Both the position numbers and the translations under genes were made by a program. Positions 35,534 through 36,581 of a stretch of 36,581 bases of DNA are shown in pieces. The first letter of the stretch is position 1, and the number at the start of each line of letters is the position of its first letter. The notes below the pieces were generated by a model, which worked only from the letters and a program-made list of their open reading frames with translations, was not told the DNA's origin and did no database searches. Source of the DNA: a virus (lineage: Duplodnaviria; Caudoviricetes); IMG/VR virus record IMGVR_UViG_3300044580_000075, positions 1 through 36,581 of that record; one strand, written 5' to 3'.

Positions 35534-36493
35534 TTAGGACAAAGGTCCTATCATCTTATTTCCGTCCGCGTCTTCAGTCGTGGGTTCGACTGTAGTTACC
35601 TTAAAGTCATCAAGCCACATATTTTGATCTGCTGGACATCCATCATTCCAGTAGCTCATTACGTTCACTCGATCGGCATAGTCATTAGCATTACGAAGCG
35701 TTGGAGCAATTAAATTCTCGTAAACTAAGTCGCCGTTCATCCATATACGAGACTCTCCTGCTGTGTGATGAAGCTTAACATAAAGCTCTAGGCAAACCTG
35801 CTCACCCTTAGGAATGATAGTGGAAGTTGTTACTTCAGTATTAGCGACTTCCGGTTCGTTGGAGTATCGAATCTTTCCCCCAAATGGAGAGCTAGTCTCG
35901 CACTCTTCCATAATTGATACGTATCCAATATTCCCTCCAACGGAATCAGCTACGTGAATTCTCAGTATCTTAACAGGAGCATAAGGATTACTTAACCTAG
36001 GAACCCAACTCCACCCTGCGGGGAAGTAGTAGTATCCACGCACCCAGATCGATTGCCCTTCTACTACATGTTCAGGAAAGTTAAGTAACCCTGTGCATGC
36101 ATCGTATCCAGTATCTCCAAGTGTCCACGCCATCTTACAAGACTTAGAGCCAGAGTTAACCTGGCCACTATTAGCTACGTTATCGAACGTTGTAGCAGAG
36201 CCCGTATCCGGATCTGAGAAAGCATCTTCCTGAGGAGTTGAATGAGCATTATTGGCTAGCTGCCCAATTGTACCATTCTCAAATCCAGCAATCATTGACC
36301 AGCCGGCTGCGGGACTTCCTACGGTGTCGAAGTTAAACGCATAGCTAGTTGCTAGACGTTGGTTAGCCACTCCTCGAAGGCTCGTATTTATAGTAACTTC
36401 GATCGTAACCCCAGAAGGAAAGTCACTTGTAGGAGTAAACGTAACCACTCCATCTACTACTACATACGATCCTGAGATTGGAATTTTAGCCAT
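35534..36493 (-). CDS. Ig C-half fused to a beta-jelly-roll (polysaccharide lyase / LamG-like) domain
   Basis: aa 1-57 are 34/57 identical, ungapped, to aa 1-57 of the downstream protein; then FE.G, W.R...YFP.G, K..R, E.YV.., R.W.NG, DD motifs. Confidence 0.75.
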   Translation of the reverse strand: MAKIPISGSYVVVDGVVTFTPTSDFPSGVTIEVTINTSLRGVANQRLATSYAFNFDTVGSPAAGWSMIAGFENGTIGQLANNAHSTPQEDAFSDPDTGSATTFDNVANSGQVNSGSKSCKMAWTLGDTGYDACTGLLNFPEHVVEGQSIWVRGYYYFPAGWSWVPRLSNPYAPVKILRIHVADSVGGNIGYVSIMEECETSSPFGGKIRYSNEPEVANTEVTTSTIIPKGEQVCLELYVKLHHTAGESRIWMNGDLVYENLIAPTLRNANDYADRVNVMSYWNDGCPADQNMWLDDFKVTTVEPTTEDADGNKMIGPLS

Positions 36494-36500
36494 CTATTAC

Positions 36501-36581
36501 TTACTGTAGTGTCCACTTAAGGAAGTAGCCGTCCGGGAATGAGACTGTAACGCCCCGCCCTGCCGGTGAGAGCGCAGGTGA
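36501..36581 (-). CDS. 3' end of a gene running off the window
   Basis: Open frame ...SPALSPAGRGVTVSFPDGYFLKWTLQ* ending just upstream of the ATG at 36493. Confidence 0.5.
   Translation of the reverse strand, partial: SPALSPAGRGVTVSFPDGYFLKWTLQ

Noticed and set aside
16482-35713. Plus-strand ORFs in the structural block (e.g. 29426-30019, 18730-19158, 35109-35537)
   Set aside because: Shadow frames of the - strand structural genes.
34875-36493. Ig repeats as a diversity-generating retroelement or invertible cassette
   Set aside because: No reverse transcriptase or invertase in the window, and the copies differ at many positions, not only adenines.
1-36581. tRNA genes, integrase or att site, introns and inteins
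   Set aside because: None recognised; intergenic gaps are short and the polymerase and terminase have normal lengths with contiguous motifs.

Overview
The window is most of the genome of a tailed dsDNA phage, probably podovirus-like and lytic: it has a P22/T7-style portal, tail tubular and ejection proteins, and no integrase, tail sheath or tape measure is visible. Two gene blocks converge at about 15222-15225. The + strand (about 320-15225) carries small early ORFs, an ATP-dependent DNA ligase, a PD-(D/E)XK nuclease, an SSB-like protein, a Sak4-like ATPase, a family A DNA polymerase with a fused N-terminal uracil-DNA glycosylase domain, and a DUF3987-type ATPase. Interleaved with these is a 7-deazaguanine DNA-modification pathway: FolE, QueD, QueE, a second T-fold protein with the DpdL-type LxxxHRHxF motif, a divergent TGT/DpdA-like TIM barrel, a degenerate phosphoribosyltransferase and a dATP/dGTP diphosphohydrolase; QueC is not seen. 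This predicts dDG or dCDG in the DNA, possibly made before replication. The - strand (36581-15222) carries Ig-like proteins, lysis genes, terminase, portal, scaffold, capsid, tail and ejection proteins. The most unusual feature is a pair of proteins with split Big_5 Ig-like domains at 34875-36493, whose architecture suggests a self-polymerising, fragment-complemented fibre capped by a carbohydrate-active tip. All assignments come from motif recognition by eye; no searches were run.
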